Below, in pieces: positions 28,801 to 41,066 of a stretch of DNA of 64,000 bases. The DNA is from a virus. Its lineage: Duplodnaviria; Heunggongvirae; Uroviricota; Caudoviricetes. Below the pieces are notes generated by a model. That model was not told where the DNA came from. It was given only the letters and a program-made list of their open reading frames with translations, and searched no databases. Made by a program: the position numbers and the translations under genes. Where the stretch lies: positions 165,273 through 229,272 of the IMG/VR virus record IMGVR_UViG_2974794945_000001. The stretch is one strand, 5' to 3'. Within the stretch, counting starts at the first letter, position 1, and each line of letters begins with the position of its first letter.

Positions 28801-30243
28801 TTGGATAATACCCAGCTTATAAAGTTCATAAGCGGGACCAGCAACACCTGCAACTATCGGCGCGGCTTCAGCCACGTTATCAGGGATGGCATCAACACGT
28901 TGAGCTTCGACCTTAATTTCCCGTGGCCGATGAACCAATTCAGCATCACTCTCAATTTGGAGTTTGGTAGTGAATAGTTCTGCATCCGGCGGGTTATAAG
29001 TTGCTCCATTTTCGGTGAAGTCGAGACTAGGGATTGTAAAGGCTGGGATATCGAAGGCGGTTTCTTCTTCGACGTGAACTGGTTCGACTTCCTCATTCTT
29101 GTCCGGAAGTGTTCCGTTGTCTTCTTCCTCGCCCGATTCCAACTCATTAACAGGTTCCTCTTCAACATCAACCAAATTAGTGTGGTCGATTACATTAGAC
29201 AATGCTTCAGCTTGGTGATTGTATTCTGTCATTGCTGCCAGAAGAGACAACACGCGGCGTTGCATTACGGCTGGAGGAAAGAATGCCTCCATACCAAACG
29301 TGTGAACAAACGATTCAACTGCAACGTTAGTGGTCAAACCAAGTTCTTGCATGGTGCCATGAATCTTATTAAAGGCAAATTGTTCCTCTTCTTTAATATC
29401 TTCATAGCCCAAATCAAAAACTTGTGTACCAAAGATGTTAATGAATTCTTCTACTGTAACAGTAGCTTCAAGATCTTTAGTACCGTCACGCCATTCATCC
29501 AGTGCACCCATGTTTAGAACAATAAACCGATCACGTGCACGAATCAAGAACCAGATCTTAGAATACATATCTGGTTGCACAACCGACATCATCGATTGCT
29601 CGCGCATTGGCCCTAACCAACGATACAGATCCCAAATGGAAAACTGTTGTGGTGTGGCAAACGTTTCTAAGTTGGTTTGGTTCTGATTATCAGCCATCCG
29701 TTTAAAAGAAGCCAGATCAGGCATTTGTTCCGGTAGATGGATTTCAACAAACTGCTCCCAACCAAACCGGCGGTGAGAAGCAGCAACGTTTTGCCAGAAC
29801 GTACGCTGGTTGTTAGACCAACGTAAGAAACCGGCTTTAAAGTTAGGTTGATAGATCCACTGTGGGTCTAGCAGGTTATAGTTGAACACCATGACATTGA
29901 GAGGGTTGATTGCCAACGCTTCATCTTTAGTCAGTGGTTTGAAGAATGCATTCTGTTGACGGAATTCAGCTTGTAGCTTAGACGCTGTCAATGCAGACTT
30001 ACGTGGGTTACCTTCAGTTGATGCCAAGCTTGTTACGTGCTCGATATAAACTTTACCTGTCACCTTGTTGAACAGTGGGTCCGTTTGAGACGGACCTCGT
30101 ACTGCACCGTTAGGATCAGAGAAGTGTACAATCGAACGTTGTGGCAGGAACAACTTGTTTAACAGATGCAGTTTGGGTTGTTGTAGTTTGCCTTGTTCGA
30201 AAACGGTATATTGTTTCCGAAACTGTTCAATGGCTAAGCGCAT
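25765..30243 (-). CDS. rpoB: Virion RNA polymerase beta-like subunit (phiKZ gp178-like)
   Basis: RpoB motifs ESTVDSGDVG, KRINFISIQQQQ, DNLDTLEDG, GDKGVVANQMK and IDLIF. Confidence 0.9.
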   Translation of the reverse strand: MRLAIEQFRKQYTVFEQGKLQQPKLHLLNKLFLPQRSIVHFSDPNGAVRGPSQTDPLFNKVTGKVYIEHVTSLASTEGNPRKSALTASKLQAEFRQQNAFFKPLTKDEALAINPLNVMVFNYNLLDPQWIYQPNFKAGFLRWSNNQRTFWQNVAASHRRFGWEQFVEIHLPEQMPDLASFKRMADNQNQTNLETFATPQQFSIWDLYRWLGPMREQSMMSVVQPDMYSKIWFLIRARDRFIVLNMGALDEWRDGTKDLEATVTVEEFINIFGTQVFDLGYEDIKEEEQFAFNKIHGTMQELGLTTNVAVESFVHTFGMEAFFPPAVMQRRVLSLLAAMTEYNHQAEALSNVIDHTNLVDVEEEPVNELESGEEEDNGTLPDKNEEVEPVHVEEETAFDIPAFTIPSLDFTENGATYNPPDAELFTTKLQIESDAELVHRPREIKVEAQRVDAIPDNVAEAAPIVAGVAGPAYELYKLGIIQPRTFEQAITDAESYTRIKDPFGTGKTLEEAMQFTQEDYELPADTQLADSATVLDKSMLGSKLKAMQRKYQTHLRNKDMINAVLSVQKQGTAVTNYEVEEVRNAMNHYEIHKVTLKPIRGKPGTIYFRVPVVDRDGRFVSNGVTYRMRMQRADLPIRKVKPDTVALTSYYNKTFVTRSHLAAHNYDAWITRQIRERALDPEDNRITAVLYAELDQSAYALPRVYTQLGSAFRGFTADNVFLYFKFDDHVEYFKAKFKVDATQYETKEYTLVGVMNGKLPVMIDRKGQFYVHDKGSLEPLGSIVELLGLDQTKAPLEGAFMNVGSKDLPLAFVFGYKYGLTATLKRLNAKYTRHHRGERIPLTSDNYVLAFQDDVLVFDRSDYRTQLIMGGMRKYAKLMPHFSIYDFDKPDVYQRLLLETGMTARFTKEIDALFAAWMDPITEGLLKQMGEPTTFDALLYRAVDMLLIDWSPAEVDGAYMRYRGYERMAGTVYNELNKAVKRFNNATGSAAVQVQMDPAVIWKKCTQDPTIMVVEDSNPLANIREQESMTYRGDGGRSTTSMVARTRIYGEADVGVVSESTVDSGDVGVIAYLTPDANFNSMRGTTRPFDPTTDGPARQLSTCALLGVATTNDDTKRINFISIQQQQGIYADGYEPTPLRTGYEQIVAQRTSSIFASAAEDDGKVIAVDEHGITVEYANGETTSYQMGKIHGSAAGTHYPHSIISDLKAGDTFKRGQTLAYNEKYFTPDRMSPGQVIWKAGINTVVAFSDNLDTLEDGSVISESCAIKMNTQTTKIKSVSVSFEQNIEDIVKVGDHVDLDSILCTIKDPDSGGGSVFDEVSRETLAKLSNYSPRAKVVGTVSKIECFYHGDRDEMSDSLRKVAYASDKVREAEAKARGQEFFSGEVDHEYRIRGNGLEPQSLVINIYIDHDIPCGVGDKGVVANQMKTVFSRVMRGVNQTKSGLDIDLIFGNTSVEERMVLSPKLIGTTTILLAELSKHLVGVYRGTANAKSK

Positions 30244-30245
30244 GT

Positions 30246-31898
30246 TTAAGTCCTTGGTTTTGGATCGCCAGTCATGTACCGGAGTACCAGGTTAACAGTG
30301 TGAATGGTTGAACTAAAAGCTAGACCACCAGTAGCATTCAAATAAGCAATACGAGAACGGAAGAATTTATCCATCTCAGCCAAAGCTTCTTTAGAGTAAA
30401 CAATGTTTACGGATACAGTGTCACCGTCAAAGTCAGCGCCCAGTGGCGATAGGATCGAAGGAGATACAGAAGTAGAGTCGTGCCATTGTGCTACCTTACC
30501 AATCTCTAACATTGGATACTCTAACGCTACAGGAGCGTGAGGATCACGTTTAAAGTCTGGTCCTAGTGGATAACGTAATTCACCTGTTACAGTTGTCTTT
30601 ACGTAAATAGAAACCGGGATAGAACTGTTGTAGTTTTCTACGGGGTAACGTGTTACAAACCCACGCAGTGTATACCACATATTTAATCCACACAGGTAAA
30701 TCAGTTCACCGTAAGTAATAGGCCGTGCCCACTTACGATCAAAGCCTGCTGGAATCTCGTTAACATCTCGAATGATACGGTAATTCTTTTTATCATCCAA
30801 ATAAACTAACGCTAGATAGTGCCCAGCAATTTCCACGGCACGTGAACGTTTCTCAATAACTTCCAGTTCAGACATTACACGTTCTAGACCTTGCGGTGTA
30901 GACCAAGTGTCCATGTCATCGACTGATACGTTTACCCATTCGCGAACAAGAGTTTTCTTATTAACCAATTCAACCCGGTTAGTCATGGTTTCAAAGATCT
31001 CACCAATAACCGAGTTCTTCATCCCATAAATAGTTTTAGGTGCAGCAGCACGTGATGCTTGGTGCAAACCAATTACACAGTCTTTAAACTTAGGACGATT
31101 TGGTTCACCCAAGTCTGCTGCGTTAGTATCCATCGAACTAATAACGTTACGTGTGCCGTTGAACACTCGTCGAGATGCCCACTTCGATTGCACATAACCA
31201 GACTTACCAGAAATTAGTTTCTCGTAGTGATCATAGATCTCTTGTACACGGAGTTGCATTGCTACCCGTCGCTTATCATACATCGACAAATCAGCGTTAG
31301 GACCAAAGAACTCTGGAATACCGGTAGACTGTTGTAACAACACACGGTAGATGTCATTGATCTCATCGTATTCAATACGACCATCTGGGTTAGGTTCAGC
31401 TTCACGATAAGCAGCTGGGATTACCAGCATTGCATCCATTGTAGATTGATGCATGTTATCATTAACAAGCTTTACACGAACTCGACGAATATCGGAATCG
31501 GTTTGTTTGAATACAACCTTTTTCCAATTATCAAAAAAGAAGGTATACCCTGTACGACCATCTAGTTCACTGGCTTTAATAAAATCTTTTGTTTCTTCAT
31601 CAAAGACAGCATATTGGCGACCCATGATGATGTCTTCATAAAAGCCTTTAAGCTTAAGGATGTTTCGATACACCAGGGGATGGATTACAGGCAGACCCAA
31701 TTTGATGTAACCAAAGTTACTTTCACGTTCTTGACTACCCACCCGTCCAAAAATAGAAACGGAGAATAAACCTTCTTCATGGAAGTTACCTCCATTACCC
31801 ACAAAGATCTCGTGGGATGTAACACGCCCTACACGAGCGAGTAAGTTTTTGTCTGGAATAAGTAGAGAAATGTTAAAAGGTAATAAGGCCTTTTTCAT
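30246..31898 (-). CDS. rpoC: Virion RNA polymerase beta'-like subunit, catalytic part (gp180-like)
   Basis: GLFSVSIFG, RRVFNGTRNVI and the catalytic motif PLGADFDGDTV. Confidence 0.92.
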   Translation of the reverse strand: MKKALLPFNISLLIPDKNLLARVGRVTSHEIFVGNGGNFHEEGLFSVSIFGRVGSQERESNFGYIKLGLPVIHPLVYRNILKLKGFYEDIIMGRQYAVFDEETKDFIKASELDGRTGYTFFFDNWKKVVFKQTDSDIRRVRVKLVNDNMHQSTMDAMLVIPAAYREAEPNPDGRIEYDEINDIYRVLLQQSTGIPEFFGPNADLSMYDKRRVAMQLRVQEIYDHYEKLISGKSGYVQSKWASRRVFNGTRNVISSMDTNAADLGEPNRPKFKDCVIGLHQASRAAAPKTIYGMKNSVIGEIFETMTNRVELVNKKTLVREWVNVSVDDMDTWSTPQGLERVMSELEVIEKRSRAVEIAGHYLALVYLDDKKNYRIIRDVNEIPAGFDRKWARPITYGELIYLCGLNMWYTLRGFVTRYPVENYNSSIPVSIYVKTTVTGELRYPLGPDFKRDPHAPVALEYPMLEIGKVAQWHDSTSVSPSILSPLGADFDGDTVSVNIVYSKEALAEMDKFFRSRIAYLNATGGLAFSSTIHTVNLVLRYMTGDPKPRT

Positions 31899-31951
31899 CT
31901 TTAGGGTCCTTTTGGGGTTAACGATATGAAGTTCATGTCAGGAGTTTGACA

Positions 31952-34900
31952 ATGGCAAGCAATAAAACAAAATTGGCGGCTGCTAATTCTAAATCAGCAT
32001 TCGACTTTGATGACGACTTTGATAGCATGTTTGACGATGAAGCGTTAGGCGGGAGTAAGAAATCTCCAGTCCAACAATTCATGGCCGGTTTCAAAGATGG
32101 CATCATCGATCCAGGTAAAAATAAAAGTCTGTTAAAAGCATTTTTAACAAACGGTGCCCCTAAGGGTTATGACCGCTTATTTGGTGTTTATGACCAAGCT
32201 AAGAATGGTGTCAGCTCTTTAAAGGATCACTTGGAGAAAACCAATCCAGGTGACTTGCAATATCTTTTCAAACGTGCAGAATCATTCTTGCCCGCCATGA
32301 AAGGAAAAGTATCCGATTCGACGTATGATCGGATTAACTCGGCACTATCCAATAAGGCTGAACAGTACAAATATCAAATTGAAGCTAACCAAGATCAATC
32401 ACGTTTAGCGATTCGTCGTCAGAAAACTCAAGACGAAGAAACCATTAAACAAGGTTTGGGTGAAGACCTTCGTAGCGCAGTTGACCAAGGTACCGTTGTA
32501 CAACGTAACTTGTTTAACATGGGTCAGGAAGCTGACCAACGTCGCTGGGACCTCGAACGTATTGAACGTGGCCTAAGAGATCAAGTTGATAACAAACATC
32601 ACCAAACGGTAGCACGTGGGCTTGCACAAGCAGTAGACTCGTTAACCCGTATGGCGAGCTACACTGAACAAGTAGATTACGATTTTAAACGTAAAGGATT
32701 AGAACTACAATTCCGTTCTTATCAAGCTTTACGTGACATGTCTAAATTGGCAGAAGCTTCTTTAGAGATGCAGAACAAAGCTTTCCAAGCATTAGTACGT
32801 AACACCGGTTTACCAGATCACTTGAAGTCATCGATGAAAGATCTCATGTCGATGAATATGCGTCAAGGTATGGCACAAGCTGGTACGTCAATGGTTGGTC
32901 GTACACTATCCGGTTTCTTAGGGAACTACGGTGGTAACGTACAAAACCGTGTTAATGGTAAAGCATCGAGTGCATTGTCTGGTATTGTCCAAGGCATGCA
33001 GGCTGGCGAGTCCATGGGTGACATGTGGAACCAACGCTATCAATTAGCAGGTAACTTAGCTGCCGATGGTGTTCATGGTTTTGCACGTAATACACTGGCT
33101 CCTATTGCTGGTCGTATGATTCGTCCTGCAATGACCCGGATGTCTAACAAGCATGGTCGTGGTAAACATAACCAAGCGGGTTACATGGCGGATAACATTC
33201 CTGCATTCATGCAAGAATTTGTAAACAACTATCAGAACTCTCATGGTGCCAAAGGCGTCTTGCAAGATATCCTGAGACCGTTTACTCCGCAGTTTGGTTT
33301 GGACACTGCAACCAAAGCCGGTAACTATCAAACAATTGGCCAGCACACAGCCTTCAACCAATTGTCGCAACGTTCTTTGACTGAAATCTTACCAGGTTTT
33401 CAAGCTCGTATTTTACGTGAATTGCGTATGTTGCGAACAGGTCGTTCAGATGTACCAATGGAAGTGTTTGACATTACCAAAGGTGTGTTTGCTAATTCTA
33501 AAGATGCGTTAAGCAATGCTCAAGATCGAATTGTATCAAAAGGTACTACTCGGATGGTATCGGGTCAGATCAATGAGACTTTGGATAAGATCGACAAAGA
33601 TGGTAAGTTGTCTGAGAATGCACGGAAAACTTTAAGCGAACGTCTCCTAAGAGATGCTTCCTCTAACAAACGTTTTGATCCAATGAAGTACGGGACCAAA
33701 CACGGTTACAGAGAAGGTACTGATAAAGAGACCCTAAAAGAATTGGAAGATTTCTTTAAAGGACAATTTGAACGTGACAGTAAAGGTAAGTTTGCAGATA
33801 CTGCATCTAACCATGCTAAACGTAAAGAATTTTCTGATTCGTTTCTGGATATCCGCAACGTATCGCGCGACCCAGCCCAGGAAATCCATCGTCTCATTGA
33901 AGCAGGTAAAACTGATCAACTTCGTGAGATGGGTATTCTGATTACGGTTGAAGGTCAAGACCGGATTAACTATCCGAAGCTGTGGGAAATGATGTCTGCG
34001 GATGTCAGTTCTAAACATGGTGGTCCAGGCAAGAAATATCACGATGCTTCTGGCGATACCGGTGACCGTAATTTCGTAGGTCCACACTTCCCAGGCTCGG
34101 GTTCTGCTCGCGCCCAAAACGCAGTCATTAACTTTGTTGACGGTCCTGGCGGCAAACGTATTAAAGACGGTGCTAAACGTCTAGGTTCTGGTGCTAAAGA
34201 TTTGATGGATCAGTTTAAAACTGACCCAATGCAATTCATGCGTGATCAGTACGAGCAAGGCAGTACTGCTGTTAAAGGGAAAGCCCAGAACTTACGTGAT
34301 TCTGCTAGCGCTGCAGCTGATGCTGCTAAAGCTGGTGGCTTACCTGCAGTGTTGGAACATTTCTCAGCTAAAGAAAAGCTAGACTTTGCCAAAGCGCTGT
34401 TGAACAATGTAATCGATAAAGAACCCCCAGCAATGAGGGAAGCCCGGTTACAAATGGCTCAAGCCATTATCAACTCCATTGAGTCTGGTAAAGAACAAGG
34501 TGCTAAGCTATTAGGTTCTGAAGCTGGTCAAGCTGCGATTGGTGCAGGTAATAATGTTTTAGCTTTAGGACATGACAAAGTTGATCAGATTCGTAAATCT
34601 GAAGCTGCTGGTATTGTTGACCTCAAATTACAAGGTACACAAGAAACGCTTATTAAAGCTGTTGATATGGCACAAGGTAAATTGATTGATGTCAATACCA
34701 ATAAGATCATTACTAAAGCATCGGACATTACAGGTGAGGTTCGTAACTACTTAGGTCAGCAAGTTGCATCGGCTGAGGAAGTAGCACAAGGCCTGTATAG
34801 TGAGCGTGGCCAATTAATGGCTCAAGCTAAGTCTAAACTGGATGCGGTTCAAGCAGTTATTGCTAAGCATGCGGCAGCGGGTAAAGCAGCGGCTAAAGAG

Positions 34901-37900
34901 AAGCTAGATGATTTTAAAGACTGGTGTTTAGAAGGTAGTGATGAAGTCATTATTAAAGCCCGTGATTTAGCTAACGGTGCTTACATTGATGAAGAATCCG
35001 GTAAACCAGTTTATTCGTTGGATGACATTAAAGGCACAATCACTGATCATTACGGTAAAGTTGTAGCCACTGCCCAAGAACTTGCTCGTGGTCTTCGATC
35101 CACAGAGGGTACCAAGTTTGATATGGCCGGTGTCAAAGATCGGGCATCTAAATACGCACAACAGATCTGGAGAGGTAATACAACCCAGAACGTATTTGCT
35201 GGTATGAAGATGGCTGGTAAGGTAGCATGGGCATTAGCCCGTAATACTGCTGCCCGAATGATGGGTGATCGTGACGCTTACTTACCCGGTCAAGTTAAAC
35301 CTGTGCTTACAGTTGAGAAACTGAAAGAGGGTGGATACTTAGACAAAGACCAGAAACCTATTAAATCTTTCAGTGATATTGATGGTCCTGTATTTGATGC
35401 TGAAACAGGTGAACCTTTGTTGGATAAATCAGAACTGAAAGATCTGGTTGAAAGCAACGGTAAGAAACACAAGATCGCTAAGAACCGTGGGTTAATGCGT
35501 CGTGCATTCAAAGCCACAGTAGGTAAAGCTGCAGCTGGCTACTGGAACTTAACTAAGAAGTACTACGGTGCTTTAGGTCGAGAACTGGGTAACGATGCAA
35601 TGGCTGGAGCTAAGACTATCCTGGCTCCAATGGGTACCTTTACAAAACGTCAACTTGCTAACTTGTCTACTACTGACCAAGTACTAGTTCAAATCCGAGA
35701 CGCTATCCGAGAAACCGTACCGAAGAAAAATCGGAAGGGTAGCTGGATGGAACGTGAGGAAAAGAAAACTGCAGATGAACTCAAGAAAGATGCTAAAGAC
35801 GAAAAAGAACAGAAGGAATCAAAAGGTCTGTTCAGTAAAATGTCGGTAGCCTTGGGTGGTCTGTGGGATAAAATGCGCGGTAAGAAGAAAGGCGAGGAAG
35901 AAGAAGAGGAAGGTGACGGCGGTGGTATCATGGATACCGTTAGTGAAGCCGTAGGTACTGCCTCAGACGCTAAAGACCTTTTGGGTGGCGGTGGTAACGA
36001 TCGTGGCCCTAGTCGTCGTGGTGGACGTATGGCTCGCTGGGGTAAGAAACTGGCAGGAAGTCGTGCAGGTCAATTAGTAGGTAGTGTTGTTGGTCGTGTT
36101 GGTGCTACTGCTGGTGGACAGATGATTGCTCGTGGTGCCATGATGGTAGGTACAGCTTTGGCTGGTTTAGTATCGGCCCCAGTGTTAATTGGTGCTGCCG
36201 TAGTTGCAGGCGTAGCTGTAGCGGGTTACTTTACTTACAAGTATTTTGCTGGTGTCCGTGGTGAGTTCATGAGTATCCGTATGCTACAGTACGGTATTAC
36301 TTCTACTCGTCAACGTCACAAAATCTTGGAGCTTGAACAGCTACTAGAAAAGACTGCTGTCCGTGGCCCTAATCCACAGTTGAACGTAAGTGCAGCTGGT
36401 GGTAAAGCTATCTTGGATATCATGGGCTTTGATGCTACCGATGAAGCTTCTATTCACCGCTTTGCTCGTTGGATGGATCTACGTTTCAAACCAGTATTCT
36501 GCACTTGGCTAAAAGCATTAGACGCTGTGGGTAAAACCCAGATGTCTCTAACTGAGATTGAAGAGAAACTTGACGAACCGCTGAAAGGCACATTCGTTAA
36601 AGAAATCTCTGTACCTTACGGTGATGGTTCTCCTTTTGCAATGCGTGATAACCCATTTGGTGATACTGATCCATTGGATGACACGCAAGAAGAAGTTAAA
36701 GCGGCCATTGAAGAACTGAGTAAGAAGTACAAGATCGATCCAGATAAAGCCAAGGCTGCATTGCCGGGTGTTAAGGCTGCTCCTACAGAAGAAGCCAAAA
36801 ACAACATCGAACCAACTGCAGTAGTGGGTGCAACTGCTGCCGCAGCAGCTAAGAAAGCTGTTGACGATGCTAAAGCTATTGGTAAAGAAGCTAACGAAGG
36901 GAAAGAGGAAGCAGCCAAGTCTGTTCAACAGAAAGTTAATGCTATGGCGAAAGCTGCTGGTGTGGGCGCTGTTGGTGCTGCCGCTGTGAATAGTGTCATG
37001 CCAGTTGCTATCACTTCGCAAGAATTGAATGCATTGGATTCTATTCGTGCTCGTGCTTACGGTATGGAAAGTCTGAACAAGAACCAGATGGAATCGTTGA
37101 TCGCTATGGAAACTCGCTTAGACCTTCAGTCTAAGAAAGACCAAGGTGGTAACGTGAAATTCAACGGTGATGTGGAGAAATTCATTTCCGCTGCTGGTGG
37201 TTTGTTTGGTATGAATACTGCCGACCATGGTGCTGAACGTGTTAAGTTTGTTAACTGGTTTACTGAGCGTTTCATTCCAGTTGCTGAGACATTCTTAACT
37301 GTAGCTCGTCAAACGTATCAAGGGAAACCTTCTGATGCCGGTACAGCAATGAAACTAGGTGATCAAGTCCGTGTGGCTAACGCCGTAATGGGTGCTGTTT
37401 CTCCTAATGGTAATTCTGTATGGTCTAGTCCAACTATCTTTGAAGTTAAAGGTAGTCTTCCGGATCTGAAGAAACTTGCTGATGCCGACATGGCGCACCT
37501 GCAAAAACTGTCCGATGCTGTTATTGCTTCACCTACCCAGTCTGCCGGTGCTCAAGCCGCAGGTGCTGCCGCTGCTGCTAGCGGTAAGTCATTCATGGAT
37601 GGTGTTATTGATAAAGTGTCTGATGCTTTTAATAGTGCTACTGATGCAGTTAGTGGCGCGGCTAGTAAAGCTGGCGCTGCTTTAGGTAGTGCTGCCTCGT
37701 ACGTGTCTAATGCTGCTTCTAAGGTAGGGCATGAGATTGCTTCTGCTGGCGTAGTTGCTTACGGTGCTGCTTCTAAAGCCGTAACGGGTCAATCGTACGG
37801 TTACGTTTCAGACGGGAATGGTGGTTCTTGGGAACAAGTACCAATGCCTACATCGAAAGATGCTAAGGGTTCTCGTAAGACACTGGAAGTTGTTTCTCAG

Positions 37901-38962
37901 ATGACCGGTGTACCAATTGAATACCTAATGGTTTTCTGTGCGTTGGAATCTAATTTCGACTGGACAGTTAAAGCCGGTGCTGGTGGTTCTGCTACTGGCT
38001 GGTTCCAATTCATTAACTCGACTTGGGATTGGGTAATTGGTCAACACTCCGCTAAGTATGGTTTGCCTGCTGACGTAGGTCGTCGTTTGCGTTTAGATCC
38101 ACGAGTTAACGGTTTGATGGGTGGCGAGTACATCAAGTATTCGATGAACGTCATTAAGAAAGGTACAGGTAAAGATCCTACGGATATTGATTTGTATCTG
38201 GCTCACTTCTTAGGTCCTGGTACCGCTGTTAAATGGATCAAGATGCCAAAGACCACGATTGGTTCGACCGCGTTTCCTAAAGAGGCACGTGCTAACCCAT
38301 CGGTGTTTACTGACAAGCGTACAGGCGCTCAACGTACACTTGGTCAAATCGAACAGTCCTTTGATGAACGTATGGCTAAGTATCGTTCGATTGCATCGGC
38401 TGGTACTTCCACAGGTGCTCCGGTACCGTTAACCACGGAAGAGATGGAGAAGAAACAAGCTGCTGATAAAGCTAAGCAATCCGAGACAGAAGCTAAACAG
38501 GATGATAAATTCATTCCTGGTGTATCGGCAATGCCTGGTGGTCCAGCGGTTACAGGTTCAACTCCTACTAATACCGGGTCTGGTGGTCCAGCTACTTCGT
38601 TGGCCGCTTCTGCAGCCGCACAATCTCCAACAGGAGGTTCTGAAAGCGCTACCGATGTCACGGCAGAGTCAGCTGGTCAAACAGCTGCAGCGACTCCTGA
38701 CAGTTCTGCATCTAATGCAGCCTCGGGTGCACAAGCTGCTTCGGCAGCTAAAGATGCACAGCGTGCTAAAGAAGTACAGCAGTCAACGCAAAATGACAGC
38801 GCTATCATGAGTATTCAACAACAACAACTCGATACTCAGAAAGCAATGTTGGAAGCGCTTAATGCGATCCTTGCAGGACAGGCGGCTCCAGCTCAGGGCA
38901 ATAGTATGCCCAAGCAACAGTCGCGCGCAGCTAATAAAACTGCGTACCCTGTTACAGTCTAA
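31952..38962 (+). CDS. Giant tail protein with C-terminal lytic transglycosylase (gp181-like, tape-measure function)
   Basis: GGAG SD before ATG 31952; SLT motifs [14 protein letters not shown] and [10 protein letters not shown]; one TM segment; internal repeats. Confidence 0.85.
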   Translation: MASNKTKLAAANSKSAFDFDDDFDSMFDDEALGGSKKSPVQQFMAGFKDGIIDPGKNKSLLKAFLTNGAPKGYDRLFGVYDQAKNGVSSLKDHLEKTNPGDLQYLFKRAESFLPAMKGKVSDSTYDRINSALSNKAEQYKYQIEANQDQSRLAIRRQKTQDEETIKQGLGEDLRSAVDQGTVVQRNLFNMGQEADQRRWDLERIERGLRDQVDNKHHQTVARGLAQAVDSLTRMASYTEQVDYDFKRKGLELQFRSYQALRDMSKLAEASLEMQNKAFQALVRNTGLPDHLKSSMKDLMSMNMRQGMAQAGTSMVGRTLSGFLGNYGGNVQNRVNGKASSALSGIVQGMQAGESMGDMWNQRYQLAGNLAADGVHGFARNTLAPIAGRMIRPAMTRMSNKHGRGKHNQAGYMADNIPAFMQEFVNNYQNSHGAKGVLQDILRPFTPQFGLDTATKAGNYQTIGQHTAFNQLSQRSLTEILPGFQARILRELRMLRTGRSDVPMEVFDITKGVFANSKDALSNAQDRIVSKGTTRMVSGQINETLDKIDKDGKLSENARKTLSERLLRDASSNKRFDPMKYGTKHGYREGTDKETLKELEDFFKGQFERDSKGKFADTASNHAKRKEFSDSFLDIRNVSRDPAQEIHRLIEAGKTDQLREMGILITVEGQDRINYPKLWEMMSADVSSKHGGPGKKYHDASGDTGDRNFVGPHFPGSGSARAQNAVINFVDGPGGKRIKDGAKRLGSGAKDLMDQFKTDPMQFMRDQYEQGSTAVKGKAQNLRDSASAAADAAKAGGLPAVLEHFSAKEKLDFAKALLNNVIDKEPPAMREARLQMAQAIINSIESGKEQGAKLLGSEAGQAAIGAGNNVLALGHDKVDQIRKSEAAGIVDLKLQGTQETLIKAVDMAQGKLIDVNTNKIITKASDITGEVRNYLGQQVASAEEVAQGLYSERGQLMAQAKSKLDAVQAVIAKHAAAGKAAAKEKLDDFKDWCLEGSDEVIIKARDLANGAYIDEESGKPVYSLDDIKGTITDHYGKVVATAQELARGLRSTEGTKFDMAGVKDRASKYAQQIWRGNTTQNVFAGMKMAGKVAWALARNTAARMMGDRDAYLPGQVKPVLTVEKLKEGGYLDKDQKPIKSFSDIDGPVFDAETGEPLLDKSELKDLVESNGKKHKIAKNRGLMRRAFKATVGKAAAGYWNLTKKYYGALGRELGNDAMAGAKTILAPMGTFTKRQLANLSTTDQVLVQIRDAIRETVPKKNRKGSWMEREEKKTADELKKDAKDEKEQKESKGLFSKMSVALGGLWDKMRGKKKGEEEEEEGDGGGIMDTVSEAVGTASDAKDLLGGGGNDRGPSRRGGRMARWGKKLAGSRAGQLVGSVVGRVGATAGGQMIARGAMMVGTALAGLVSAPVLIGAAVVAGVAVAGYFTYKYFAGVRGEFMSIRMLQYGITSTRQRHKILELEQLLEKTAVRGPNPQLNVSAAGGKAILDIMGFDATDEASIHRFARWMDLRFKPVFCTWLKALDAVGKTQMSLTEIEEKLDEPLKGTFVKEISVPYGDGSPFAMRDNPFGDTDPLDDTQEEVKAAIEELSKKYKIDPDKAKAALPGVKAAPTEEAKNNIEPTAVVGATAAAAAKKAVDDAKAIGKEANEGKEEAAKSVQQKVNAMAKAAGVGAVGAAAVNSVMPVAITSQELNALDSIRARAYGMESLNKNQMESLIAMETRLDLQSKKDQGGNVKFNGDVEKFISAAGGLFGMNTADHGAERVKFVNWFTERFIPVAETFLTVARQTYQGKPSDAGTAMKLGDQVRVANAVMGAVSPNGNSVWSSPTIFEVKGSLPDLKKLADADMAHLQKLSDAVIASPTQSAGAQAAGAAAAASGKSFMDGVIDKVSDAFNSATDAVSGAASKAGAALGSAASYVSNAASKVGHEIASAGVVAYGAASKAVTGQSYGYVSDGNGGSWEQVPMPTSKDAKGSRKTLEVVSQMTGVPIEYLMVFCALESNFDWTVKAGAGGSATGWFQFINSTWDWVIGQHSAKYGLPADVGRRLRLDPRVNGLMGGEYIKYSMNVIKKGTGKDPTDIDLYLAHFLGPGTAVKWIKMPKTTIGSTAFPKEARANPSVFTDKRTGAQRTLGQIEQSFDERMAKYRSIASAGTSTGAPVPLTTEEMEKKQAADKAKQSETEAKQDDKFIPGVSAMPGGPAVTGSTPTNTGSGGPATSLAASAAAQSPTGGSESATDVTAESAGQTAAATPDSSASNAASGAQAASAAKDAQRAKEVQQSTQNDSAIMSIQQQQLDTQKAMLEALNAILAGQAAPAQGNSMPKQQSRAANKTAYPVTV

Positions 38963-38967
38963 ATATA

Positions 38968-38994
38968 GGGCTCACCTTCGGGTGGGCTTTATTT
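38968..38994 (+). terminator. Intrinsic terminator
   Basis: GGGCTCACC-TTCG-GGTGGGCTT-TATTTT. Confidence 0.75.
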
Positions 38995-39011
38995 TGTCTA
39001 AAGGTTCCAAT

Positions 39012-40991
39012 ATGGCAACTCCAACAGTCGATACACCAATTTGGCTGCGGCAAGCTTTCTTATTACCAACGTCTACTAATCAAGTGTCGTTTGGTTCTGA
39101 AACACGTCGTCGCTTTGCAAACTCTGCAGCCTTCAAATTTACAAATACTACACCTGGTGGTAACTTCACCATTAATAACCTGCCTCAATACACTCGACAT
39201 GCTGATATCCGGCAGCCGGGTCGTGGGCGTGACCCCAAGAACAAACGTCTTGGTATGGGTCGATATTATTCAGAAGCACATGACGACTTAGCACAAAAGC
39301 TGCATATGTCGTTTGGTGTTCCCCGGTTCTCTAGCTGGGCTAGTTTCTTTACAAACTTTTATGATCGGTCAGCAGCTACATTTGCTAACTCCGGTAAGAC
39401 AACAGACATGTGGTACCAATTGGGTAACACAGCTATGTTTGTGGTATCTTTACCAGTACAGCCGTTCATCATTGGCATTACCGCTGTCTCTCGGGTATTG
39501 AACTTTCTATCGAAGTCGTCGCCTTCTAAGTGGTTCTACTTTAAACCCACAATGCATGCCTATTGGTCAGCTGTAAATACACTGGCTAACGAATTTGCTA
39601 TTAACATGGGTCTACAACCACGGCTGTACACCGATCCAGATACTCAGTCACAAATGGCCGATCCTGGGCAAACTGTTACCGTTAAAGACATGGAAGACTT
39701 TTCCCGTATTATGCCAGGTTTGTTTTCACCTAAAGGTGGTGTGGACGTAATGGCCTTGGCGGGACGTGCTCAACGTAAAGCGGACGAAGCTAAGAAAGCT
39801 TGGGAAGCTATGGCTGAGAAAGCTCGAAACATTGATGATCTCCGCAAAGGCGTTAATGCCGAAATTGGTAAGTACTACGGCGATACCAACGCAAACGTTT
39901 CTACTCGTGAATATTTCCTAGAGTATCTAAAGGCCGACCCTGTAGGAGATTCGGCTGTTATTGACTCTGAGAAATTTACCGAGTGGGGCGATCTGTCTAA
40001 AGTGATGAACTTTATTACAGGTGCTCAACGAGATGGCATGCAATTTGTAACGTTGCGTGCTGACTATAACGGTGAACAATCAGAATCGTTTACATCCAGT
40101 ACTACCTCGGTAGGTGTTGCGCAAACACTGAACACAAAAGTAACTGAAGGACGGGCTGCACAATTTAACTTCATGCAAGGTAACGTGTCTGAATTAATTG
40201 GTGGTGCTTTCCAAGCAATCAGTAGTTTTGTCGGTGGTGCTTTGGATATGGTTAACATGTCTGGCTTGGCTACGTTGGCAGGTTCTGCATTTGTTGACGT
40301 ACCTGAATATTGGGAATCGTCGGTAGCTTCTTTACCAACGGCTTCATACACCATTCCTTTGGTGTGTGCTCACGGTAATAAGATGTCACGTTTCCTAAAC
40401 ATCTATCTACCGCTGGCTATGATCTTACCAATGGCATTGCCGCGTTCTGCAGGTCGTTCGGCTTATACGTCGCCATTTATCTGTCAGCTATTCCACCAAG
40501 GTCGTAACCAAAAACAATTGGCCATTGTTGATTCATTAACAATTCGTCGTGGTACTGGTCACGTAGGTTGGAACGCTGATAATGAAATGCTTAACTGTGA
40601 AGTAACTATCTCGGTTAAAGACTTGTCGAAGATCATGCACATTCCACTTAAGGCTGGTTTTGCTTCTGCTAGTTGGTTGGGTACAGCTGCTCGTGGTGCT
40701 GCTTCAGCTGCAGCTGAGATGGTGGGTGAAACTACGCTTAACACAGTTACTGCATTAACTAACGGTGCGGTATGGGATGAGCAATCGTTGTTTAACGATT
40801 ACACGGCTACATTGACTTCTCAGTCTTGGGCTGACTTCTATTATGCTGGGAAACGTTTGAATCTAAACATTGCTAAGCAAGTACAAGCATTCCAATCTTG
40901 GCGTAGTCCTTCGAACTTCATGTCGTGGGTATTGGATGGTGACGTGGCCCGTACAGTTGCAGCGTTTGCTGCATCTACAGATCGATTCTAG
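39012..40991 (+). CDS. Tail/baseplate structural protein (gp182-like)
   Basis: ATG after AAGG; synteny with the gp181 homologue. Confidence 0.65.
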   Translation: MATPTVDTPIWLRQAFLLPTSTNQVSFGSETRRRFANSAAFKFTNTTPGGNFTINNLPQYTRHADIRQPGRGRDPKNKRLGMGRYYSEAHDDLAQKLHMSFGVPRFSSWASFFTNFYDRSAATFANSGKTTDMWYQLGNTAMFVVSLPVQPFIIGITAVSRVLNFLSKSSPSKWFYFKPTMHAYWSAVNTLANEFAINMGLQPRLYTDPDTQSQMADPGQTVTVKDMEDFSRIMPGLFSPKGGVDVMALAGRAQRKADEAKKAWEAMAEKARNIDDLRKGVNAEIGKYYGDTNANVSTREYFLEYLKADPVGDSAVIDSEKFTEWGDLSKVMNFITGAQRDGMQFVTLRADYNGEQSESFTSSTTSVGVAQTLNTKVTEGRAAQFNFMQGNVSELIGGAFQAISSFVGGALDMVNMSGLATLAGSAFVDVPEYWESSVASLPTASYTIPLVCAHGNKMSRFLNIYLPLAMILPMALPRSAGRSAYTSPFICQLFHQGRNQKQLAIVDSLTIRRGTGHVGWNADNEMLNCEVTISVKDLSKIMHIPLKAGFASASWLGTAARGAASAAAEMVGETTLNTVTALTNGAVWDEQSLFNDYTATLTSQSWADFYYAGKRLNLNIAKQVQAFQSWRSPSNFMSWVLDGDVARTVAAFAASTDRF

Positions 40992-41066
40992 GAAAGAAAT
41001 ACTAGTCTTCGTGATTTAATGTAGACATCGTACGTGTCATTTCTAAAATCCAATTGGAGTTACCCC

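Noticed and set aside
30243-30246. Homing endonuclease or intron between vRNAP beta and beta', as I recall for phiKZ gp179
   Set aside because: The genes are 2 nt apart, so there is no insertion; I saw no intein motifs.
38862-39011. Upstream extensions given by the ORF track (also 1422, 45127, 60548, 63109)
   Set aside because: They cross terminators or other genes; downstream ATGs have proper SDs.
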